A stretch of 64,000 nt of DNA, from NCBI GenBank assembly GCA_051362555.1, contig CM120640.1, positions 25,902,225-25,966,224 of the forward strand, written 5' to 3'. The DNA comes from Lingula anatina. Lineage: Eukaryota > Animalia > Brachiopoda. How positions within the stretch are numbered: position 1 is the stretch's first letter; each line of letters opens with the position of its first letter. The translations under genes were made by a program, and so were the position numbers. Under the pieces are notes generated by a model that had not been told where the DNA came from, did no database searches, and saw only the letters and a list, made by a program, of their open reading frames with translations. Below are positions 25,330 to 37,600 of the stretch, piece after piece.

Positions 25330-28300
25330 ACTTAGATAGCATGTGTGACAGAAGTACGCAGCAATGCTCGCTATATATGTTACTGCGAACAATTCTCGAT
25401 GTAAAACTCTACATCCCTACAGCTCATGTAGTCGTCTGGCTGAGCAGGCTACACTGCTGGTCTTGTTGTTTGTGATATACAAACATCACATGGGATTGGC
25501 TGAGCCCTATGCAGCGTCACGCTGCCTCCGTTAATGACATCTAAATCAAGGAAATCGGTTTCTGAACAGCCATAAAAAGGTAGGCCTGAGCCTACAACAA
25601 AAATGAGGAATTGATTGGAAAACAATTTGGACTAAACTGTAAGTGACGGTATGATATTTTTGTAGGAAAATGATGGAGCTCATAAATTATCTTTTTTGAA
25701 CCTCGGCAGTAGGGCCTACATGTTATAGTTAAACAACGATGCCAATGCGAAGTTGCACTTTAAATTCTTAAAGACATACTGAAATCAAGACAAGGGGTTA
25801 AATGATAATTTTTGTGCCCAAAAGTTACTTCAAATTCATAGTACACCTGAGGTTTCACAACAGAATCCGAAAACAGATTTGAACCTGAAGAACAAAAATT
25901 TGATCTACTTCAGTTTAACAGTAAGATAAACTCCTATTAATCCATTTAAATAGAGTAAGTCTTGGTCTGAAACATTAACCATGTTTCTTAGTGTAGTTAA
26001 TGGGCGCAATATTTCATTCAATTGGACTACCGGTGATTTATTTGGGGTCAAAGTAGGCTTAAATTTTGCTCTAAAAGTTAGGACCAAATTACGTCTGTAG
26101 TTATTTTGTAAAACCAGCACCCAAATGTTGATAAAATACCATAAATTCACTTTGCATATTTTTGCTTCTATTTATTTCTATTTTTTAGTGAATTTTTATT
26201 TTTATTTTTATTTATTAGTGAAAATCTCTATATAAATATATCCAATAAGATGTCAAGTTAAAGGTCCAATATCTCAAACTGAACATGTTTTACAATCTCT
26301 TAGAAAACACAGCTGTCTAGGTCTCTAGGGAACGCCAATAGTTATCAGCAATTAGTTATTCTACAATATCCATTGGCGTGAGTTCGTGTATTCTGATCTT
26401 GACTCCTACAATATATCTCTATTATTTAGCAAATAAAATGATATCGGGGTCCAGCAAGTAGCTGTCAAGTAGTTCGAAAAAAATTCAGAGGTATCTTGAA
26501 TTCCATGTTTAATTCCAAATCTGAACACAACCTAAGCACATCTTTAAGTCTGTTTACTGTGTATCATCAATCTAGGGGCCTGTTTTGTAAACGATGACAT
26601 GTTAAAAAAGTTTGTCTAAATAAAAATCTTTCCAGAGCTGAGTACGTTAAACCTACTTTGTGTTCAACGAGAAACAGAGCCCAGTCTAAGATGAAGCGCA
26701 AGGCCTTTTTCATTTCTTATTGAGTTGTCATTTTATCAGCAAACTGCAGAGAGCTCTGTGATTTCGGGCTTGATCTCTACTAGTAACACAATTTCAGTAG
26801 TATTATCCTGCTGTTGCCCTTATATCAACTTTTACCTTAAGATACTCCACTGGTTCTGTAATCTTTTCAGCGCCATCAGAGAGTTATACTGAGATATGCA
26901 AAAACTGCTACCTGTTGGTTATGACTTACATACAACCTGTCATGCACTTGATTTATCTAAGCATTTTTTCAAAGAGAGAAGTAATTAAAAGGTAGAAATT
27001 TAGCATAACCCTGTGCAATGTTGTCTGATGACAGACACACAGATCAACAATCAAGACAGAACGTCCTGATCTTGGAAGGTGACCAAGATATGATCATTTT
27101 GATTCTAGCAGATCAATTCCAAGGTGGCCGTCCTGGCCTCCTTCCTTGTATCAGCTATGAAATAAGATTAAACGTTTCCTGCAGGCAGAAAAAGGGCAAC
27201 AAATAACATAGTTAATTATCTTTGATTCCTGTGAGGAAATGTTTCTAGGACTCCACATCTAAATGTCAAGTTCAGTTGCGGTTTTTTCGTGAATGATGGA
27301 TTAACTAGTCGACTGAAAACGGGTCAGTAAAAAACGTAATTAAATTAAGCACAATTTGAGTTGAAATAAGTGGGTCAATGTATGTCACGTAAATGTAATT
27401 TTAAGTCCCCTAATATGTAAATTGTCGCAATGCTTAGCGTATATGCAGTTGTAGTTAACATTTGTCGTCCGAAGTCGGTGCCCGAATATTGCCTGTGCAT
27501 CGATTTTGTACGGAGGTAGGCGTGAGCCGTCCGAAATCGAACGGATTCTCGGCCTTCGCAATCAAGCCTAAACTTTTGACAATTTATTAATCGTTTGCTT
27601 GTATAGTAGGCTGTACCAATTTCATCGTAGTTGACACTGAACAGTTCCCGTGGGGGCATTGTTCGGTGGAATCGCAATGATCGGAATGGTCGATTCCGTT
27701 TTTGTCTCTCTACTTTCCACCTTTGGTGCTTTGGGGGTAGAACGATAGTGAAACTAAGCGTTATTGCATTTCTAAGAATTTGAAGTCGTGTGTTTTCTTA
27801 TTCTGACCATGTGGGGGCTAAAAACGAAGAGGGATTGTAGCCTACAGACAACGTATCGATCTTCAAAGAAGACACGTAGAGGGTGCACGGCAACTGCACT
27901 CAGACTGAAAGGGCTCCGTATGATCACTCTCAACCGACAAACCGATTTTCCCTACCTTACCTCAAGGTCATGTCGGAGAAATGGGATTGCACCCGTTCAA
28001 AATGTAAACTGGTAGGTACTCTCCCTTAGCCACTTACGATGTCAAGAAAATCGCACGGAAAATCATGTAAGATTTCATCGTACGGTGCCCGTGGCAAATC
28101 TAATCTAGTCCTCGAGGCGGTACCACATATTGACAAGCAATCGAACAACGCCAATGTAATCACACTCATGGGTTTTGTAAGTGACACAGGCAACATTTCT
28201 AAATCAGATTTAAGTTTGGAAATTTCTTCTTCATGCTGATGTGTTAAGAGACAATTGTGAATTTTCTGTGAATTCTGACGATCAATATCTTCACACTGTT

Positions 28301-30867
28301 ATGTACAACAACCCACTTACGAAGAGCGTAAGTGGAAACTACATCTTGTATCCTTTTCTTTTATTTTCACATAACAGCCCCCTCTAAAATAAAAAAAATA
28401 GCCCCAGAAATTGGTATTACCAAGTTTTTCCTGTTAGTTCTTTAAAAAGATCACTAATTTACAAGCTCCTTTCAATCTTATTTCTCGATCTATCATGACG
28501 TATTCCCTGAAGTATACCAAAAATGTCATCCCAACCCACTGACACATTGTTCTTTTACCCGACTGCAGTGTCACTCCCACTACTTACAACATTTTGTTCT
28601 AGGTAGGCACTAATATTGCGACTCGTTTTTTATCTAATAGGCAAATTGTGAATCTAGTCATCCATCATCATCGGACACTTGTTCAAAATCATGTGTGGGA
28701 CGATGCCCTTTCCTTATAAAAAAATGTTATAAACACTTGGAGAGAGGCTGCACCAGTCTACGAGACTACGAAATATTAAGCGCTGCATTCATTTGTACAA
28801 TAAACCCCAAGTGGACAATACACTGACTATTGAATAATTCAGAATGCCATGTAGTTGTGACATGGGATTCCTGGTCCTGACCTCTGACGCCAGGGGCTTC
28901 TAAAATAGCACACAAAATTAAGGTATCAGCGATATAATGATTTTGCAACACAATACTACTCTGACCACACACTGTGGTCAGAGAGTAGCCTGACCCTAGC
29001 TGTAGGAGAAAAGTGTAGGCTATATGATAATTAAGGTTGTAAAATAAGGTTGTCCAAATGCCTTCAAGTTTTCCGGCGGGATTATAGCCCTAATTCCAGG
29101 AACTTGTCCAACTTAAACAGGATATTTACTGCTTTGATACAAAGGACGCACACCCCGTTATATATGGACATCAAGCAAAGGTCTAGCAAGAACATGTTCC
29201 TAGTACGTCCAAATTGCCTACTTTTGCTCAACGTAAATTGAATTTTAGTTGGCAATCCCTTTGGACAGATCTCTTAGGTCATTACTAACTCCATTAACAT
29301 GCGGTATCCTACCGATACGCTCTGTAACCTGTAGATATTCAGGCGAAAAGGAGTTAAATCGCTAGTGTAATCTAAAAAGAACTTTGAAAATAAATACGTT
29401 TTCTTCAGTTGTAAACCATATGAAAAACAAAGTGACTATCTTTGCTGCCAGCAAGCAACAATATGGTAGAGATTTAGGGGGAAAACTCGACGTATCTGTG
29501 CCATATTCTTCAAAACGCCCGAGCCCCGTTCTCATATTTTTTATTCTGTATTGATTAAACATGGCATTGCGAATGACCAGTGAATAAGTGACCACACCTC
29601 ACATAAGTGCGTCCCCGAAGATTTAAGGGTATTTTCAGACAGGAGAAACTCATTTTAGGAGTCAGAACATAATTTGTTTAAAAGTGAATTGAATACAACT
29701 AAAGAAGTGTATGAAAGCACATAATTTTAGAGTTCGGCACTGCAGTCTTGCATTAAAATACGATCACAATGCTGCAACCATTTTGCAATGTGTTAGTTGT
29801 GCTCTTCATTCCCAGTAGGTTACGTTTTTCATCAGTTTCAGTCGATTTTCTGTGTCATACCTACTTTTCTTCTGAAAAATAACCTAACATAGAATAGTAA
29901 CCGGTGCTGTTTTTTTTTTTTAATCTATCAGTAAATGTTGGAGATAAACATGAATTAACCTTTTAATGTTAAATTTAACGATGGATCATTGTTACGTACG
30001 TTTTACAATAAATGACAATATTCTCCCTTTTCCTATAAGAACTAAAACGTAGCTCAGTAAGCGATAAACTACATGAATAACATTCCAGATGTTTATCAAG
30101 AGAATTCAAAAACTGGAAGATGTATTATTTCTATTACGATTTTTGGAAAGTTGACATCTGGATCATGCATCAGAGCCCTACATACCACTTCAATCACGCA
30201 GATATTGACGGCTTCTTCCGCTAGCCAATCGTGTAAATTTTTGTAAGGGAATTGGAAAAAAATTCTTAGCAACGAGTTATAGAACTTTCCTCAGATTAAT
30301 TTAATTCCTCTTAAATTAATAACTGGAAATGTTCTGTAAACTTCGAAAAATATTAATACCATCTTTCAAGTTTCAGAAATTCGAAATAACAAGTCACAAC
30401 AAGGGAAGTTTAATTATATCATAATTGTTATATTTACATTTTATACAAATGTAAGCATCAAACTTTGATTCTGAATGCTCTTCAAATTGCTTTGGTACAT
30501 ATCTGCAATCTATAATTTATTGTCAGGATCTTATTTTTTCAATGTTGGCTTACACGGATGAAATAAATAGCATGATGTACTTTTACGATAAAAGAACAAC
30601 ATATATAGTAAAATTACAGAAACGATAGGCGCAAATCTGAGCAGCTAGTTAACATTACAATGGGAAATGGATTATAATGCTTTGTACATTTTTTTTCCTG
30701 CAGAAATTAGCTACTTTTCTATAGAACATGGTTTGTACAAAAAACATAACTCTTCTCTTTTCAAACTTCACACCTTATCATTTCCCTGACATCCAACTGA
30801 ACATTCAAATAAACGCTTTTGATTTATAATTGCTCATGCATTATCAATATACAAGTCAATTGCACTG

Positions 30868-31126
30868 TCAGTTAGGTGTCATCCAGAAAGGCATAGAAGG
30901 GGGTGGCATCTGGAACCCTGGGGATGCTACAGTCACTAGCCCTGCTATTAAATCAGTTAGGTGTCATCCAGAAAGGCATTGTAGGTGGTGGTATCTGGAA
31001 CCATGGGGATGATACAGTCACTAGCCCCTGCTATTACATCAGTTAGGTGTCATCCAGAAAGGCATTGTAGGAGGTGGTATCTGGAACCCAGGGGATGATA
31101 CAGTCACTGGCCTCTGCTGAACATAC
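30868..31126 (-). repeat. Tandem triplication (86/85-bp units) of the KHDC4 C-terminal coding segment and stop codon
   Basis: Three copies ending ...ATGCCTTTCTGGATGACACCTAACTGA, stops at 31039, 30953 and 30868. Confidence 0.95.
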
Positions 31127-31616
31127 GTGTCTTGGGGGCTTGACCTTCCAAAATGCTCTGGGTTCTGTCCTCCAAACTGTGTTGAATTCCCAGCAGCAAA
31201 TGCTTGGCCTTGCTGCTGTGGTGGTGGTGGCGGCGGCTGATGTGACTGAGGCAGTTGCTGTGACAGGGGTAGACCTGGTCCCTGTGGCTGTGTAAACTGT
31301 GGTCCAAATGGCTGCTGTGGATTAAACTGTGGCTGTTGTGGTTGTCCAAACTGACTTTGTGTGAACTGGCCCCCTTGTTGTTGCTGCTGGACAGCAAACT
31401 GACTCTGTTCAAACTGTTCTTGACTAGTAAAGTGTGGCTGGCCTGGTTGGCCATATATTTGGGGTTTGCTAGAGTACTGATTGAAAGCATACTTTGCAGC
31501 TTCTCTGTGTTGCTGCCTCATTGTCGAGTTCACATCAGTGTCTTCCTCATCATCTGATCCATATGCTGTGACATTACGCAAAGCTCCCTTCATACGCTTT
31601 CTCTGGGGCTCCACTG
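31039..31616 (-). CDS. KHDC4: KHDC4 terminal exon
   Basis: [25 protein letters not shown]...[16 protein letters not shown]. Confidence 0.9.
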
Positions 31617-34600
31617 CTGTAAAGGTAAATTGTACAATTTCATCAATTTCAACCAAAAATATGAAAAACATCAGAATTAACATTAGTCATTTCAGGGATG
31701 TGATTGTTCAGGGTATTGCCCATTTAAGATTTTATCAAGAGAATCACATCCCTTCAGTTCCCAGGAAATGGCAATTGCAAATGATAAAGTTTCAATTTAC
31801 AGATGAAAAAAAAGTAATAACTGGTAAACGCAACCATTTCTCAGTTTGTGGGAAGCAAATATTACAACTACCTTGATCTTGTAAGGCTCCTAGGGGAGGT
31901 GGAGGGGGTGGTGGCATTAGCAGACTGTCTTGATTTTGCCTGCAAAAATGACATATGGCATGGAATTACAAATTCTGGTGTAACTATTCATATCATTTGA
32001 AGCTGTTTTGAATCTTCAAATGCAATTAAGGATATGGATATCTGGCATATCTTATATTTGTTTTGTGTGCTGAAAAGTAGCCTCCTGATATGTAACTAGC
32101 AGTCAGAAGATTGTTCTCCCAGCAGTTTTATTTTGGAGGGGTGTATCAGTGATTATGTGAGCCCTGTACATAGATCACTTTCTTAACCCTCCACCCATTA
32201 GAGAAACTTGCACTCATTTTTACTTCTGTCACAATTTCTATTTGTTTTATACTGCAATTCATAAGCAAATATCATGATCATTTCTCTGCAACTCCTTTCT
32301 ACATCTTATATTAATGAACCATCAACCTAAGTAAAAAGACAATGACAGTTTAAGCTACTTTCTAGCTAATAAATGTCCAAATGATAGGATTTATAATGTG
32401 GGGCACTTGAAAAGTATTTCATGCCGAGACAACTACACATCTGATCTTTTCTGTATCAACTGTACCTCAACTCCTCTGGGGGTGGTGGAGGTGGTGGGGG
32501 CGGAGTGATACCAAAGTGTTGTTGCTGTGGCTGTTGTGGTCCTGCCTGTGATGATGGTGGGGGTGGGGGTGGCCCAGATGCTACCAAGTTCACCAGGTGT
32601 GTTGGACCATGCTGAAAGAGCACATATCCAACAATAAAACTTTTTTATCAAAATTATAGTATTCAATGACATTGGTGAAAACATTTATTTATTTTATTAT
32701 TTTTTTTTACAATCTCAAAATCTTTAAGGTGATGTATTTGACATATTATGATGGCTTTAAGAAAACACTAAGGAAGCGTCCTCAGTATTACTCTTTGCAC
32801 AAACTATTATTCCTATGTCAACAAACCTGATATCCCAGCAACCCCTCTGGTAATTTCTCCTCCTGTTTCTCCTCTGTAAACCTCCTCTTGTGTGGCTGCT
32901 GCTGTTGCTGCTGCTGCTCCATCTCCCTCTGCATGCCAGCAAAGTTATTATAATAAGGAGGCAGGCCCGAGGGGAACCCATCCCCACCATTACTGTGCCC
33001 TGGGCTCCCTGGAAGATTGGAGGCCACACTGGCCTGAGGTGCTGGACCACTGGGGCCCATCTGACCCAAGCCTGCCTGCATCTGCTGTTGTTGTTGTTGT
33101 TGCTGTATCTGTTGTTGTAACTGTTGGAACTGCTGAGGTGCTGCCTGCTGCAATATTTGCTGACCACCCCCTTGGATTTGTTGCTGGACCTGAATGTAAA
33201 TGTCAAATAAAATTGCATAAAAATTTAGTTGAATTTAATGCCATATATTTCATAGAAAATGATGTTACATGGGAAACATAACACTACCACAAATAAAACA
33301 TTTAAATAATTCTGCTATAAAAGTTAGCAATTAGACCCTTTAGTGATTACTCAAACAATACAGAATTTGTCCACTTACTTGCTGTTGTTGCAACTGTTGT
33401 TGTTGTTGCTGTAACTGGTGCTGCTGTTGCTGTAACTGTTCTTGTTGTTGTTGTCTTATGCGTGTGATCTGGTTGAGCTGGTTGACAGCATCATTGAGCT
33501 GCTGGCTAAGACTGACACTGGCTGGACTTTGTAATAGCGGAGACTGGGATACATCAGGCATTCCCCCTAAAACACCGGTGCCTGAAGAAAACAATTTCCA
33601 ATACAACACCATGATAATAAATGACCAAACCAGACAACAATCATGCTACCATGCTTCTTTCTGGTTCAATTTTAAATGAGTGCTCCTTCCTTTTTATCAC
33701 AGTATTAAGTAAATTTGTTCCTACAAAATACAATTTTGATACTACTATATAAGTGTTTTTCTTTCTCTTAAAAATCTTCTTGTCTATAACTTACTTAATC
33801 TTGGATCATTTGACTGCAGCCCAGGTGACAGTTCCCTGGGTGGTGGTAATATATGTGGGTGATTGACTAGAGGGGGCGGAGGCTTGGACAAGATTTGATT
33901 CAATGAAGTGGCCGCTGTGAGCAAATCTGAAAGAAAAATGATAAAAAATCTTTATGTATGTCATAATATTTAAGAAGGATAAATTATTATTAAGTAATTC
34001 AGCAATCCGGAAGAAGTATGATAAACTCCTCAGTATTAGCAATTAGAATTTTCTTTATTCCATGCTTTACATGATCACTTTTCACATTTACAGTTTTCCT
34101 GATACAGCCAGTAGACAGCTAGATATATTCTCAAGTAGGCAAAATCCATTCTTGAGTAATGAGCTTTGCATAAGCATACTACATTCCCTGGAATACATAC
34201 TTTCTGACTGTGCCAGCAGTGATGGTACAGAGGAAGGTGCCAGTGAAGTGGTTAGTGTTGAGCCTGGCTGGAGCAGAGAGGCCAGAGTGGACATCAGAGA
34301 GGGGCCGGACACTGGCATTCCCAGGCTGCTGGAGGGTATGACTGGAGTGCTCAGTAGGCTGGGTATACTAGTTGCCACTGGAATCAACCAATGATGGCCA
34401 TCACATATAGTAATAAAACTCTGTTCCAACAGTTTATTTGACATTTTTAGATGTTTTGCTTTCATTTGGAAACATGCACTGCTTACCACTCAGTTACAAT
34501 TGATTTTATTTCAGTGCCACTACCACAGAATGAATCTTTTAAATGCAGATTCATATTAACACCACCTTAACATAAAATTAGAATGCCCCAGGCAGTTCAT

Positions 34601-37600
34601 AATCGATTCCTACAAAATTTATGCTGCATGCATAAACATCATTTGAACACAACAGCAGAATTGTAATCACCTGAAGTGGGTAGCTGTGCCACATGTGTCA
34701 ATCCTAACCCAGGTGGGGCAATCAAACTCTGGCCTGCAACAGATGCTGAAACAGGGGAACATATGTCAGTGAGAAAAAAACAACAGAAAGCAGGATGACA
34801 CAGACAGTACATGTCAACAGTGGTTTCACCTTTTCAAATAAAAGCAACAGGAATTCACAAACATACAAACAAAACATTATTCATGTGACTTTACACAGTT
34901 TTCATTTTGTATATCAAATGAAAGATACTGTACAGCAATAATTGCAATGGTAGAAGCTGTGAAAAATCATTTTGTCAGTCCCTAGCATGCTTCGATCTTG
35001 CCATTACTGCTGTCTTTTTGACAGTTTCCCATTGAATTGGAAGTCTTTTTCTCCACAAACATGCGCATCCATTAGCAGTGAATACCTAAAATTGATCAGG
35101 CAGCTGTAATTGAGTAGTCTTCTTGCATTCCTTGATATAAATCAGTGTTAAAGAAAGGGACATCCATAATCTGTTTGTGCCAAACAGAGAAATATTCTTT
35201 CTTGAATACCAATAAATGATGGACAAAAATACAGACAGGAATAAAATATCTTTTGATATTCCTTTAAGTTGTCGGGTAGGGTACTCCTTCAAAATCATTA
35301 AATATGGATGGCTGGTGTCTTGAGCAGTCTTCCCTCAATTCTGAGTTAAAATGTTTAAAAAAAATTCTATGTTTAATTAGTGAATTATTGTCAGAAACTT
35401 AAAATCAACCTAAATATAACATATTACCAGGAATAAAAACACATTACATATGGTGTTAATTGGAAGCAGCAAGTTCAATTAGGCAACTAATATTGAAGTG
35501 TAAAGACTTCCAAAAGCACTTGGATTGCTGTGTAGAAGCACCATCTTACTGCAGTTACTGAAGATTGTATGCAAAGTGACACCTGGGAAAGAACAGGGAG
35601 AGGCAAGAGGGGACAGCAGACAACTTGCTTCTACACAAATAATCAAGCACCAAAAATATTTAAAAAAAACATGCTTTGCTTTTAACATATAAACTATCTA
35701 CTTCTCACCTCCAGCCCCTTAATTTGTTCAAAAACACAGAGCACATCTTCAGATCAATAATAGGTGCAGAACAGAAGAATGCTTAGTCTAAATAAACTAT
35801 CTACATTGTGAATTAACATACATGCAAAAAGATAGCTATTAAAAATGAGAAAAGCATCATTGGGCTGGAATAACAATTAGATAATAGCCATTGCACCATT
35901 CAGTTTGTCTGTTATTTTTGACAACAGTACTGAATAATGTAAAACAAACATCTGAAAGAGAAACAAAAAATGCATTTCCCAAAGAAAGTAAAATCAATCA
36001 AGGTTTTGACTGTCTTTTAATGGTAATATAAAACCACATACATATCTTGCAAAGCAGTTTGTGAGGATGAATCTTTGACACAGGCAACCCTTTAGTCTCA
36101 ACCTCTGTTTCAGAGTAAGGATATAACTTTGGACATCACGAGTTTCTAGCCAAAGGAATCCACCATATACAGCATCTTCATTGGGAACATCTGTTGTTAA
36201 ATTGTTGACCAAAAGACCTTTCAGGCAGTTGGCATCCAGGTTACTTTCAGGTCTTCGCATGAGGGAAACAGTACAATAGCCATCCAAACTGCATGAAGTG
36301 GGAAGTGATTGTTGTTTCTTTAGTTACATTCCTTCACCTATATTCACTAAAAAGAATGGGAAAGGTCCATTGTCCGAGAACTGAAACAGGAAATGTCTGG
36401 TTGCCATGGAAATTAGTGGTAAAGACTTACTCTGGTGCTGTAGGCCTGCTAGCAGTGCAGCTGTACCTGGTGATACTGCAGGAGGCATTGCTGCCAAGGC
36501 TTGCTGGAACTGGGCATATTCTTGTTGGACCTACAACAGATTTCACATGGCATTTCAAGGTAAAAATCAAGACAAACAGTTGACCTACAGAGGATGAACA
36601 AAAAATGGAAAGTCCAGAATGAGGAAACATACTACCTGAGTGACTGTAGCACTGGCTGGCAACCATCTCAGCTCACAGGAGGTGGAGTTCACTGCTCTTT
36701 CAAAACTGACACATTTCCATTTAATCACATTTCATCATTTCATACACACTGCATTCCTTTAAGGAAAGGGAATGTTATAAAAACTATTTGGTCAAAAATT
36801 ATATGTTTTAGGGAAAATACCCCGTAGACATATAATGTGAAATTCCTGCAAATTCCAATCTGGGCATATTTCTTTTCTATTCACCTGCTTTAAACATCAA
36901 GACAGCCTAGTTTTCGATACCTTTAATGACCCAACATATGTAATACGTCCTCTGAAATGGTTTCTCATTGAACGCCTGTATTTTTTGGAATAAAAGGTTT
37001 CAGGCATTCATTTATGATCAAAGGAATACAACTGGAGAAACAATCAACCAATCATTCCACACAGTATTTCCTACATCTGACCCACCATCATATCATTCCC
37101 TTGCAAACATGATAATAAAAACATATACATATTTACAAACCTTGTATATTACTAATTATGTATAACTTCCTTGGGATTTGGAGAGTAATCTAAGAAATGC
37201 AAGCCAACATGCATCAATATAACAATTTGTAAATTCTTATATAACTTTACCCTAAAGAGAATTTTTCATATAAACATCCTTATGGTTCTCTAAAATATAT
37301 CTTGTTTTTGTTATTCATTTTTTTTGAAAAAGAAATCAGCTGCTGAAAAGAAAGAAATCAGTAACCGTACATATTAATTAAGATGAAAAAATTCCATTCC
37401 GACAACCTATGGTTAAGAAATGAGAGAGAGAGCACTTTGATCAATTATCTAAGGAATTATAATGTTGAAAAAAAAAAAAGGCAAAAACTGAAATGGCAAG
37501 TGAGAGAAAATGTGGGTGGATTCCTGCTTAACTTGTGCTAAAATTCAAATGAAGTCCAATCATGAAAAAAATTGACTCATCAATTCAAATAGGGATCATT

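Noticed and set aside
28959-28999. Helitron 3' end (11-bp hairpin CTCTGACCACA/TGTGGTCAGAG followed by CTAG)
   Set aside because: CTAG is followed by C rather than T and no matching 5' end was found; could be chance
31021-31041. Stop-codon readthrough from KHDC4 into repeat copies 2 and 3
   Set aside because: Units of 86/85 bp shift the frame; readthrough gives CNSRG then TAG, and the TGA-TGT context is not TGA-CTA-like
31694-31753. Box C/D snoRNA (TTGATAA...CTGA between terminal stems)
   Set aside because: Imperfect C box and only about 20 nt between the boxes; too short and no recognisable guide
35994-36287. 97-aa intronic ORF as an independent gene or in-frame KHDC4 exon
   Set aside because: TTG start, no homology, and not the frame delivered by exon 10
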